Positions 43,810 to 52,525 of a DNA stretch of 64,000 nt are shown here, piece by piece. Location: assembly GCA_044233905.1 (NCBI GenBank), contig JBIIJH010000001.1:10442-74441 (forward strand), read 5' to 3'. Source of the stretch: Phycisphaerales bacterium (GTDB lineage Bacteria; Planctomycetota; Phycisphaerae; Phycisphaerales; SM1A02). The position numbers and the translations under genes were made by a program. The notes under the pieces were generated by a model that did not search any database, had not been told where the DNA came from, and saw only the letters and a program-made list of their open reading frames with translations. The first letter of the stretch is position 1. Each line of letters opens with the position of its first letter.

Positions 43810-46602
43810 GTGAAGACCTGCCAGCCCACGTCACTCGCCCTCCTCGTTGCGATGCTCGCGTACCCCTCGGGAGCCGCCGCCATCGCAGCGTTCCAGGATC
43901 CAGCCGCAGCGCCGGCCGCGGACGAGGGCAGCGCCATGAACCAGCCCATGGAACTCCCGCCGGAGGCACCCGCACCGTCGCCGGACCAAGGGCCAGCCAA
44001 GGGCCGCAAGGCCGACGGGCGCGACGAGCTCGTCGGGCTCCAGTTCCGTGACCAGGAGATCAAGACGCTCATCGACACCATCTCGCTGTGGACCGGCAAG
44101 GTGGTGATCCCGAAGCAGACGGCGCTGTCACCCATCAAGATCACCATCGTCAGCGACCGGAAGATGCCCAAGAGCGAGGCGCTCAACCTGATCTTCCAGG
44201 CGTTCCGCCTGAACGGCCTGGGCGTGGTCGAGACGGAGGACATGATCCTCATCGACAACCTGACCGAGCTCAACACGCTGCAGCCCGCCAAGGTGCTTGG
44301 CCCGGACGTGGACATCTCCGACCTGCCGGAGAACGGCAACATCGTCATCAAGGTGTTCCGCATCAAGAACACCAAGGCTTCCCAGGTGTACGAGCGCCTC
44401 GGCGACTCGCTGCCCGGCTACGCCACGCTGCAGGTGGACAACAACTCCAACCAGATCATCCTGGAAGGCGACATCGCCCTCGCCAAGCGCGTGCAGCACC
44501 TGATCGACCTGCTCGACCAGCAGGCGTACGTGGACGTGCAGACCAAGACCCTGCGCCTCAAGTACCAGGACGCGCAGACGATCTCCGGGATCATCACGGA
44601 CCTGTTCTCGTCCCGCGCGCCGACCGGTGGCGCGTCGACGCCGCGCCAGGGCGGCGGACAGCCGCAGGTACAGCAGAACAACCGCGGCCGCACGCCCGCG
44701 GCCGGGGGCGGCGGCGGCGCCGTCGAGGTCGGCACCAGCGAGCAGCTGGTGGTGACCACGCTCCCCACCACCAACAGCCTGACGATCCGCGCAGAGCCGA
44801 CGATCATGCACGAGATCGAGAAGCTGATCTCGGAGCTCGACAAGCCATCATCCGAGAGCAGCGGCCAGATCTATCGCCTGTACGACCTCAAGTACACCGA
44901 CCCGCTCAAGGTGCAGACCGTGCTGCAGTCGCTGCTGGAAGGCGGCGGCGGTGGCGGCGCGCGACGCACCACGGGCGGCGGCGCAGGCGGCCGGAGCACC
45001 GGCATCCAGCGCGTGCAGGGGATCGGCGGCGGCGGCGGCGGTGAGGCTGGCGCGGACGTCGCCATCGCCAACATCTTCCGCATCGAGGCGTACCCAGACT
45101 CCAACCGCCTGATCGTGGTCAGCAAGACCCCGGACAACTTCAAGTGGCTGGACATGCTGATCGAGCAGATCGACCAGCCGCTCCAGGCCGGCATGCCGCG
45201 GAACATCCCGCTGAAGCATGCGGGCGCGGTGGAGCTCGCCGAGATCCTCAACGCGCTGCTCGCGCAGTCCGGGTCGTCGGCAACCATCCGCAGCCCCGAG
45301 GAGGGCCTCACCGGCATCGACTTCAACGTGGCGAGCGGTGGGCAGAACGGCACCACCAACACGAACGCATTCACGAGCGGCAACACGAACCAGGCGGGCG
45401 CGGGCGGCGGCGGCGGCGGCATCCAGTTCCCTTGGCAGTCGGGCCGCGCCGCGGGCGAGGACCAGACCGAGGTCAGCGCGCTGGTGGGCAAGAGCCGCGT
45501 CGTGCCGAATGCCGGGCAGAACTCGCTCCTGATCCTGGCACCGCCGGAGATCCAGGACAGCCTGGCCAAGATCGTGCAGGACCTCGACAAGCCCGGACGC
45601 CAGGTGATGATCGCCGTGGTGCTGGCCGAGGTGCAGCTGGGCGATGACTTCCAGCTGGGCATCAAGTGGGGCCAGGACCTGAACCTCACCAACGGCAACA
45701 ACGCCATCGTGGTGGACCCGAAGTTCGTCGGCTCCAAGACCGACATCTTCGCACCGGACCTCTCGACCTCCGAACTGACCTTCACCGCGAGCGCCCAGGT
45801 GATCCTGCAGGCACTCTCGGAAGAGACCACGGTGCGCATCCTGCAGGAGCCCCGTGTCTTCACGAGCGACAACAAGGAGGCGAAGTTCTTCCAGGGCCAG
45901 GACGTGCCCTTCCAGAGCTCGAGCCTGAGCGACCTGAACACGGGCGGCGGCGTGAACGCGACGTTCGACCAGATCCCGGTGGGCATCGGCCTCAACGTGC
46001 GGCCGCGGATCACCAAGGACCGCAACGTCAACATGCAGATCGAGGTGCTGCTCTCGAACGTGAACAACACGAGCCCGGTGGGCGTCGGCGGCAACCCGGT
46101 CATCGATCGCCGCCAGACGAATACCTCGGTCACCGTGAAGAACGGGCAGACCATCGTGCTCTCCGGCATCCGCAAGGAGACGGAGAACAAGATCAAGAGC
46201 AAGGTGCCGCTGCTCGGCGAAGTCCCGGTCCTCGACTGGGTGTTCGCCAGCACGAGCGAGACCAAGGCCACCACCGAGCTGCTGGTGTTCGTGACCCCGA
46301 CCGTGGTGGACAACCCGGACGAGAACGACGCCAACTACAACAAGGACGAGCGCAAGCGCCTGCGTGAGCTGGAGAAGCCCGTTGCCGAGATGTCGAAGGA
46401 GCTCATCAAGAGCCGCAACCTGAGGAGCGACGATGAAACGGTGCTCCCCGGTCCGACGGATCCGCTGGCGCCGATCGAGGCTGGCCAGGAGCTTCCCGTT
46501 GCCCCGGCACCGGCCCCTGCCCCGGCACCACCGGCTGCGGCAACGCCGGAGGGATCGGCGCCAAGCAAGCCGGCAGACCCCGCTCCCGCGACACCGAAGT
46601 GA
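43810..46602 (+). CDS. gspD: secretin (GspD/PilQ family) with Gly-rich insertions and a Pro/Ala-rich C-terminus
   Basis: 930 aa with a GTG start and signal peptide, N0/N1-like repeats (LQFRDQEIKTLIDTIS.., VFRIKNTKASQVYERL.., LRLKYQDAQTISGII.., YRLYDLKYTDPLKV.., IPLKHAGAVELAEIL..) and the secretin C-domain (..VKNGQTIVLSGIRKETENKIKSKVPLLGEVPVLDWVF..ELLVFVTPTVV). Confidence 0.9.
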   Translation: MKTCQPTSLALLVAMLAYPSGAAAIAAFQDPAAAPAADEGSAMNQPMELPPEAPAPSPDQGPAKGRKADGRDELVGLQFRDQEIKTLIDTISLWTGKVVIPKQTALSPIKITIVSDRKMPKSEALNLIFQAFRLNGLGVVETEDMILIDNLTELNTLQPAKVLGPDVDISDLPENGNIVIKVFRIKNTKASQVYERLGDSLPGYATLQVDNNSNQIILEGDIALAKRVQHLIDLLDQQAYVDVQTKTLRLKYQDAQTISGIITDLFSSRAPTGGASTPRQGGGQPQVQQNNRGRTPAAGGGGGAVEVGTSEQLVVTTLPTTNSLTIRAEPTIMHEIEKLISELDKPSSESSGQIYRLYDLKYTDPLKVQTVLQSLLEGGGGGGARRTTGGGAGGRSTGIQRVQGIGGGGGGEAGADVAIANIFRIEAYPDSNRLIVVSKTPDNFKWLDMLIEQIDQPLQAGMPRNIPLKHAGAVELAEILNALLAQSGSSATIRSPEEGLTGIDFNVASGGQNGTTNTNAFTSGNTNQAGAGGGGGGIQFPWQSGRAAGEDQTEVSALVGKSRVVPNAGQNSLLILAPPEIQDSLAKIVQDLDKPGRQVMIAVVLAEVQLGDDFQLGIKWGQDLNLTNGNNAIVVDPKFVGSKTDIFAPDLSTSELTFTASAQVILQALSEETTVRILQEPRVFTSDNKEAKFFQGQDVPFQSSSLSDLNTGGGVNATFDQIPVGIGLNVRPRITKDRNVNMQIEVLLSNVNNTSPVGVGGNPVIDRRQTNTSVTVKNGQTIVLSGIRKETENKIKSKVPLLGEVPVLDWVFASTSETKATTELLVFVTPTVVDNPDENDANYNKDERKRLRELEKPVAEMSKELIKSRNLRSDDETVLPGPTDPLAPIEAGQELPVAPAPAPAPAPPAAATPEGSAPSKPADPAPATPK

Positions 46603-46627
46603 ACGGCCTCTCCTGAGGGCGCGCAAC

Positions 46628-47881
46628 GTGACTGAGACAGGCAACACGCACAGGGCGGCTCACGCGGCCGCCCTGTTCGTTTTGGGGGCAGCGGCATGGG
46701 CAAGCTCGGTCGGCTGCGAGAGCCAGCGACTTTCCACCAAGGAGCGGCTTTCACTGACGTCGGATGTCGCGAGCGACGGAACGCGCACGGTGGTCATCGA
46801 CGAGAGCAGCGTGATCGTCAAGCGCACCCGCATGATGCTCACGCCCGTGACGCAGATGCCATGGGATGGGCAGACACTTCCGCTGGTTTCGCCCGATGGA
46901 CGGAAGATGGTGGTGCAGACGTCCGGCACCGCGACGTGGGCGGAACGAGTGGGCGATCCGCTGGGGCCCGAGGGGTTCACGAGCCGCATGGAGGCCGTCT
47001 CGCTGGCGGGCGACACGCCGGGATTGCCGCTCTCGCGCCTGGATGGGCCGTGGGTGCTGGGCCGAGGGGCAAGCGACGAGGGCTACCTGGTGGAGCGGCC
47101 GAGGAACGATGGCGGGCGAGACATCGCCATGCAGCGGTGGTCGGGGAGCCTGGTGCCGATCGTGCAGGACGAGTGGTGCAACGCCTTCGCAACGGTGGCG
47201 CGGGACGGAACGCTTGCGTGGAGCCGCCGCAATCCCGAGGGTGGCGACTGGCAGCTGGTGTGCCGACGCGATGGCGTGACGCGCGTCCTTGACGGGGCCC
47301 CCGGAAGCAGCTGGCTCATGCCGGTGTTCGGTGGCGATGGCACGGGAATGTTCGCGTTCCGCCTCGAGGGAGGGTCGTTGGTGGTGGCATGGCTGCCCTT
47401 TGCGGCAGACGGGCTGCCCGCCGCGGATGCGACACGGGCACCTGCGATGCTGGCGGTGGTCTCGCTCAAGGCAAACCTGACGTGGGTGGTGCGGGCGCTG
47501 GCGCCGGTCTCCGGCCTGGCCGCCTCGCCGCCGACCCGCGAACGCGTGGCGTTCTGGGTGCCGGACGCCGGCCGCATGGCACTCTGGGCGCCCGGAGGCA
47601 GCGTGGAACAGCTCCTCGAAGGATCGTTCGCCGCCACCGTGGTCGATGCCGACAACGCGCTGGTGACCATGCCGGACGCCCTGATGCGGGAACGGCTGGG
47701 CGCGAGCAAGAGCCGCGCCGAGTTGATGGCGAGCGGCGCGTGGATCACGCGGCCAACGACGATGTCCGCCGGGGAGCTGGTGGCGTTCCGGACTGCGAGG
47801 AACCGGCTGGACGTGGCGCGACTGGTGCTGAATCCGGAAGCACCGGCGGATTCACCGGCACCGTCGTCCAATGCGCGCTGA
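46628..47881 (+). CDS. possible lipoprotein, beta-propeller-like (TolB-like pattern), last gene of the secretion cluster
   Basis: GTG start 25 nt after the gspD stop. N-terminus ..AALFVLGAAAWASSVGC has an imperfect lipobox. Repeated ..DG..(V/A/W).. beta-strand patterns follow. The ORF-track start at 46433 overlaps gspD. Confidence 0.55.
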   Translation: MTETGNTHRAAHAAALFVLGAAAWASSVGCESQRLSTKERLSLTSDVASDGTRTVVIDESSVIVKRTRMMLTPVTQMPWDGQTLPLVSPDGRKMVVQTSGTATWAERVGDPLGPEGFTSRMEAVSLAGDTPGLPLSRLDGPWVLGRGASDEGYLVERPRNDGGRDIAMQRWSGSLVPIVQDEWCNAFATVARDGTLAWSRRNPEGGDWQLVCRRDGVTRVLDGAPGSSWLMPVFGGDGTGMFAFRLEGGSLVVAWLPFAADGLPAADATRAPAMLAVVSLKANLTWVVRALAPVSGLAASPPTRERVAFWVPDAGRMALWAPGGSVEQLLEGSFAATVVDADNALVTMPDALMRERLGASKSRAELMASGAWITRPTTMSAGELVAFRTARNRLDVARLVLNPEAPADSPAPSSNAR

Positions 47882-47911
47882 CGGAAGGCACGGCGAGCAT
47901 CGACTGACGAG

Positions 47912-47950
47912 CAAAAAGAAATGCGCTGCCGGCAAAGCCTGGCAGCGCAT
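47912..47950 (-). terminator. rho-independent terminator (clear for the minus-strand poly-D/E gene; may also serve the plus-strand cluster)
   Basis: The minus strand reads ATGCGCTGCCAGGCTTTGCCGGCAGCGCAT (10-bp stem) followed by TTCTTTTTGC. Confidence 0.7.
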
Positions 47951-47976
47951 GCGTGTTTCGTGATGGAGACGCGGAA

Positions 47977-48333
47977 TCAGTCTTCGTCTTCTTCCTCTTC
48001 CTCGTCTTCGTCCTCGTCTTCGTCTTCGTCTTCGTCCTCGTCTTCGTCTTCTTCCTCGTCCTCTTCCTCTTCCTCTTCCTCTTCCTCGTCCTCGTCTTCG
48101 TCTTCGTCCTCGTCCTCGTCTTCGTCCTCGTCCTCGTCTTCGTCCTCGTCTTCGTCCTCGTCTTCGTCCTCGTCTTCGTCCTCATCGTCGTCATCAAAGA
48201 CGAAGTCGTCGTCCTCGTCGGACGCGGCGAGCACCGCGATGGACGTGGAGGCGGAGAAGGGAAGGAGCGCGGCCGAGCCGAGGTCTTCGAACGACGGATC
48301 GACAATGCTGGACGATGTGGCGATGAAGGTCAT
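47977..48333 (-). CDS. small protein with a roughly 70-residue uninterrupted Asp/Glu C-terminal tail
   Basis: MTFIATSSSIVDPSFEDLGSAALLPFSASTSIAVLAASDEDDDFVF, then only D/E to the stop. The N-terminal 46 codons are strongly GC3-biased on this strand. The terminator lies immediately downstream. It is co-directional with the upstream 1330-aa gene. Confidence 0.65.
   Translation of the reverse strand: MTFIATSSSIVDPSFEDLGSAALLPFSASTSIAVLAASDEDDDFVFDDDDEDEDEDEDEDEDEDEDEDEDEDEDEDEDEDEDEEEEEEEEEDEEEDEDEDEDEDEDEDEDEEEEEDED
47980..48219. repeat. GAC/GAG/GAA trinucleotide-type low-complexity DNA (reads as TCx on the plus strand)
   Basis: Read directly: about 240 nt built of GTC/CTC/TTC triplets on the plus strand. 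Confidence 0.9.
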
Positions 48334-48443
48334 GGGGTCTCTCTGCGTGAAGTGGGCGCAGTGCTTGGCTGCGGCGCGCGGAAGTGTAGCGATCGGATTC
48401 CAGCCCGTGAGGAGATAGCCATCCAGCGAGGGATGAAGGCGAT

Positions 48444-51400
48444 TCATCGGCCTGCAGGGGCGGAAACAGGAGAAAATTCGACGGCCTGGACCACGGATCC
48501 GTTGGAGACCGCCACGATGCCGTCGGATACCGCCATGTCCCGCGAACGCTGGCCAAGGGAGCGGACCATGAGGGGCGGGGCGGACTCGAGGCCTCCGCGG
48601 GAGACATCCAGGTCGTGCAGGAGGATGGGGAAGCGCAGGGGGACGGGATCGCTGCCGGCAACGCCGGCGTCCAGGACGAAGAGCCGCGTGGCGCTGGCCG
48701 CAGCAGCGAGGTAGGCACGCTCGGAACCAGGGGCATCGCGGCCGAGGTGCGCGCCTTGGAGGGAGAAGTAGTCGGCGTGGGAATCCCGGACCGCCGCGAT
48801 CCAGCCCTCGCCGACCGCGATCTGCCGGACGGGAGACTGCGCAACCACCCCGGACGGCGCGAATGCGCCGGGCGTCACGCGACCGGTCCACGCGTCGATC
48901 GCCAGGAGCGCGTCCGAACGATCGAGGACGAGGAGCCAACGGCCAACATGCCAACAGCGCGTGGACGCGCGCGCGTCGACGGCGTCGATCGACCAGTAGG
49001 GCGCCGACTCGTCGCCGCCGGCGAGCCGTCGCGCCTCGATGCCCACGTCCGTTCCCGCCACCAGCAGTCCGCCGTCCACGACGTGCAGCCAGCGGAGCTC
49101 GGTGACGCCCTCGAGCGCCCAGGAGCGGACGACGTGACCGTCCACCGGATCCAGCACCGAGATCTGGATCACCGGGCCGGAGCCATCGTCAACCTCCCCG
49201 GCAACGATGATGGCGAGCGCTTCATGCGTCCACATCACCGGGACACCACCATCGCCCGGGCGGCTCCACGCCTCCAGGCCACGATCGGTGCCGAAGGCCG
49301 TCACCGAACCGTCACGGCGGAGCGTGGCCACCACCGGCGCGGTGAGGATGGGCACCACGGCCGGGCCCTGGCGTGCATCGACGGGATCCACGACATCGCC
49401 GGAGATCAGGTCCGGATCGGCGCCCGACGCAGGATCCGGCACCACGGCGCGCGTCTTCCAGCGCACGGCGCCCTCGGGCGAAATGCTGCTGATGGCCCCG
49501 GTGCCGCCCGGGCCATCGTCGCAGACGAGGATCGACGGCTGCGTCGCAAGCACGGAGCAGTCCGCGGTGCCGATCGGCACGCGCCACTGCGGCGCGAACG
49601 ACGGCGGCTTGCGGAGGACGAGTTCCGTGCCCTGCACCGTGAGCACGCCGCCCGGCATGCTGCCGGCGTTGTGGAGCAAGCGCGGCAGGCGGCCGGGGAA
49701 CTCGACGATGCGGCGCGCTCCCCCTTCGATGCGCGGGGGCGCTGGAGCCGAGCCCTGCACGAGGGTGGGCCCCCACCGCGGATCGAGCGAACGGAGGAAC
49801 TCCTGCGAAGCGGGCGACGGCGGAACGAGCGCCCCGCACTCGCGCACGAGCCGCGCGGCATCGACCCGTGCGGGGACCCCGGATGCCGCGGAGGTGAGTG
49901 CGGAGAGTGCGTCGGCACCGGCGCGCGTCCCGATGCCGAGTCGAGCGGCGGAACGCAGGATGCGCGCACGGGCGTCACCCGATGCCTTGGACACGGCGGC
50001 GGCCACCGCCTCCTGGACACCGTCCATGGCACGTGGATCCGCGGCCGTGGCGGCGATGACGATGCGACGGGCCTCCGCGTCGGCGGAGAGCGATGCCCCG
50101 GGACTGGGGAGGCGCCCGCCGGCGGCGTCCATGGCAGTGGCCACGGCGATGCGGGCGGCGGCGACGGGATCGCGGCGACGCAGCGCACGGTCGGCGCGCG
50201 CAAATCCGCCGCGAAGCGGGCTGTCGGCGAGGACCGCCGCCTGGTCGACGGCCGCGTCGAGCGCCCTGCGATCGGCACCGGACGCGAGGTCCATGGCGTC
50301 GAGCGCCAGGAGCAGTTCGAGGAGCTCGCTGCGCTCGGCCGCATCGGCAGGAAGCGCGGCCACGCGACGGACGCACTCCGCGGCACCTTCCGCAGCAAGC
50401 GGCCCGGAGCGAATCTGCCGAGCGAGGTGGACCAGCGCCATGGCGGCGTCCGCGGTGGGCGTGGCGGCCATGCGCCCGCGGATGATCCGCTCTGCCTCCG
50501 CGGAAGGCATCCATCCGGAGAGCTTCGTGGTGCCGGCGGCGAGCAGCTGGTCGCCGACCAGGATGGCGTTGGAGTTGCCCGCACCGGCAAGGCGCATGCG
50601 CTCCTTGCCATCGAGGGCATCGCGGATCACGATGTCCGACTGGTCCGCCGTCAGGACGACGGGCGCCTGCGGATCCGCGGTGCGCGCGAACTGGACACGG
50701 CCATGCACCTCGGCATCCATGGATGCATCGGCGGCGGGAAACGACCATCGGGTGGACTGCGGCGCGGAGGCGGAGAAGCACGCCACGCGCGAGCCGACCG
50801 CGAGCACCAGGCCCGAGGCTTCATCGCCCACGAGGTATGACGGCGCGCCGAGGCCGCCGTCCGCGCCGGTGGGTACTTCCGCGACGAGCGCGCCGGAACG
50901 GCAGTCGAGGGCCAGAATCCTCGAGTGATCGGGGGAAACCGTGAACACCCGATCGCCGACGACGGCAGGCGTCAGGACATCGAACGGCCCGGTGGCAGTG
51001 GCGACATCGCGCACCGGCACGGGGAAACGGCGGACCCAGCGCACCAGGCCGTCCCACGGGTCGACCGCCGCCACGGCGCCGGTGGAAGTGGAGAGGTAGA
51101 GGACGCCGCCTGCGAGGACCGGCGCGTCCGCCGAGCGACTGCCACCCATGCGAGCGCTGCCGCTGGTGGCGATGACGCGTGCCCAGGAGGCGGGACTCGG
51201 CTGCTCGAGGTCGAGCGCCAGCAGCCAGCTCACCGTCTCGAGCCGCGGCGACGTGCGACGTGCGGCGATGATCACGCGACCGTCGACGATGATCGGCGCG
51301 CCTTGCCCCACCATGCCGTCGAGGTCGTTGCGGCCGTCGATGCGGTCGATGCGCGACTCCCAGCGCATCATGCCGGTGGCGGGGTCGATGCAGGTCACGC

Positions 51401-52448
51401 GGCCGATGCCGGGGCGGGCCATCGAACCGGACTGCGTGGAGAACGCCACCACTGCATCGTCCGACGCGGCCACCATGCGCATGGACGCCATGGACAGGTC
51501 GGTGCCGCCGGCGGGCATCGACCACACCGGGCGACCGCTCAGGCGATCGAACGCGCGGATGGCGATGCCGTCGTCGACGTAGACGCGGTCGCCCACGGCG
51601 GCGGGTGCGCTGCCGGAGGCGGGACGCGGACGTTCCGCGCGGCCGATTTCGTTGCGCCCTGCCCCGCCCGACATGGACATCGAGTCGATGGGCACGGCCC
51701 ACGTCTCGCTCCAGGGCGACGTGGACGTGGCGGCATCGAACTGCCCGGCGCCAAGGGAGCCAAAGGCCGGGCGAGACGATTGCGGCGGAACCGACATCGC
51801 GGCAGCGCGGGCGGCGGCAACCTCCGCGGGATCGAGGCCAGCCACCGGCAGTGCGTCGATCCGCGCCACGGCCTCGCGCGCCTGGGCCCCCCGCCCAAGC
51901 CGCACTGCCGCGATGGCAGTCATCGATGCGTGGTGCAGCGCGCGGCGGCCGACGAGGAGATCGTGGTCGGCCGTGCGGTCGAGGTAGGCCGCGGCGGCGG
52001 CGAAGCGCCCGCGCGCGATGGCCGACTCCGCCAGGCGGAGCGCCGCCTCGAGGCCGGCGTCGGTGTCGAGCCGGCGGGCAACCAGCTCGCGGAGCTCGCC
52101 GCGCGCCAGCTGCGCGTCGGCATCCGGGGAGAGCTCGCGGCGGAAGGCCGCCAGGAGCGCAGGGTCGGCGCGGAGGATCGCGTGCACGCGGCGCGAGAGC
52201 GGGACGAAGAGGTCCGGATCGTTGCCCGCGCGCACCAGGCGCTCGGCGCCCGTGTCGAGCGCCTGCACCAGGAGCCGGACCGCCTCACGGGGGTTCGCCT
52301 TCGCCTGGTCGCTGCCCTGCTCCACCAGGAGCTGCGCAGACGGGGAATCATCGACGACCGGCAGCGCCATCTCCTGCGCGCGTGCCTGCGCGACCGGCAA
52401 TGCCGACAAGGCGGCCGCCAGGAAGGCAGCAGGCGCGCGGACGGACAT
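48444..52448 (-). CDS. large secreted protein with PQQ/BamB-like beta-propeller repeats and a central helical (TPR-like) region
   Basis: Signal peptide MSVRAPAAFLAAALSALPVAQARA (ATG 52448; alternative 52469). It has several ..D..(T/S)G..(R/V)W.. propeller-blade patterns (SGRPVWSM, TGMMRWES, DGLVRWVR, EGAVRWKT) and an Ala/Arg/Leu-rich helical middle. Confidence 0.7.
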   Translation of the reverse strand: MSVRAPAAFLAAALSALPVAQARAQEMALPVVDDSPSAQLLVEQGSDQAKANPREAVRLLVQALDTGAERLVRAGNDPDLFVPLSRRVHAILRADPALLAAFRRELSPDADAQLARGELRELVARRLDTDAGLEAALRLAESAIARGRFAAAAAYLDRTADHDLLVGRRALHHASMTAIAAVRLGRGAQAREAVARIDALPVAGLDPAEVAAARAAAMSVPPQSSRPAFGSLGAGQFDAATSTSPWSETWAVPIDSMSMSGGAGRNEIGRAERPRPASGSAPAAVGDRVYVDDGIAIRAFDRLSGRPVWSMPAGGTDLSMASMRMVAASDDAVVAFSTQSGSMARPGIGRVTCIDPATGMMRWESRIDRIDGRNDLDGMVGQGAPIIVDGRVIIAARRTSPRLETVSWLLALDLEQPSPASWARVIATSGSARMGGSRSADAPVLAGGVLYLSTSTGAVAAVDPWDGLVRWVRRFPVPVRDVATATGPFDVLTPAVVGDRVFTVSPDHSRILALDCRSGALVAEVPTGADGGLGAPSYLVGDEASGLVLAVGSRVACFSASAPQSTRWSFPAADASMDAEVHGRVQFARTADPQAPVVLTADQSDIVIRDALDGKERMRLAGAGNSNAILVGDQLLAAGTTKLSGWMPSAEAERIIRGRMAATPTADAAMALVHLARQIRSGPLAAEGAAECVRRVAALPADAAERSELLELLLALDAMDLASGADRRALDAAVDQAAVLADSPLRGGFARADRALRRRDPVAAARIAVATAMDAAGGRLPSPGASLSADAEARRIVIAATAADPRAMDGVQEAVAAAVSKASGDARARILRSAARLGIGTRAGADALSALTSAASGVPARVDAARLVRECGALVPPSPASQEFLRSLDPRWGPTLVQGSAPAPPRIEGGARRIVEFPGRLPRLLHNAGSMPGGVLTVQGTELVLRKPPSFAPQWRVPIGTADCSVLATQPSILVCDDGPGGTGAISSISPEGAVRWKTRAVVPDPASGADPDLISGDVVDPVDARQGPAVVPILTAPVVATLRRDGSVTAFGTDRGLEAWSRPGDGGVPVMWTHEALAIIVAGEVDDGSGPVIQISVLDPVDGHVVRSWALEGVTELRWLHVVDGGLLVAGTDVGIEARRLAGGDESAPYWSIDAVDARASTRCWHVGRWLLVLDRSDALLAIDAWTGRVTPGAFAPSGVVAQSPVRQIAVGEGWIAAVRDSHADYFSLQGAHLGRDAPGSERAYLAAAASATRLFVLDAGVAGSDPVPLRFPILLHDLDVSRGGLESAPPLMVRSLGQRSRDMAVSDGIVAVSNGSVVQAVEFSPVSAPAGR

Positions 52449-52525
52449 GCGGTTGAGCGGGCGATGCATGCGAGGCGTTGGCCCGTGGCGGGCTCCCACC
52501 CGGAAGGTGATACATTCTCTCGCCG

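Noticed and set aside
46300-46420. Weak resemblance of the secretin C-terminal segment (..EMSKELIKSRNLRSDDE..) to the shared tail motif of the L-like protein (..QMSKEEARAALVLVSKARNRADLADD..).
   Set aside because: Only MSKE and a few charged residues match, and gaps would be required. This is compatible with chance in charged helical sequence.
47921-48418. Plus-strand ORF encoding a long poly-serine protein over the same triplet repeat as the poly-D/E gene.
   Set aside because: Its start codon lies inside the terminator hairpin. Its non-repeat parts lack GC3 bias. The minus-strand reading has a GC3-rich N-terminal segment, uniform GAC usage and a proper terminator. Only expression data can fully exclude it.
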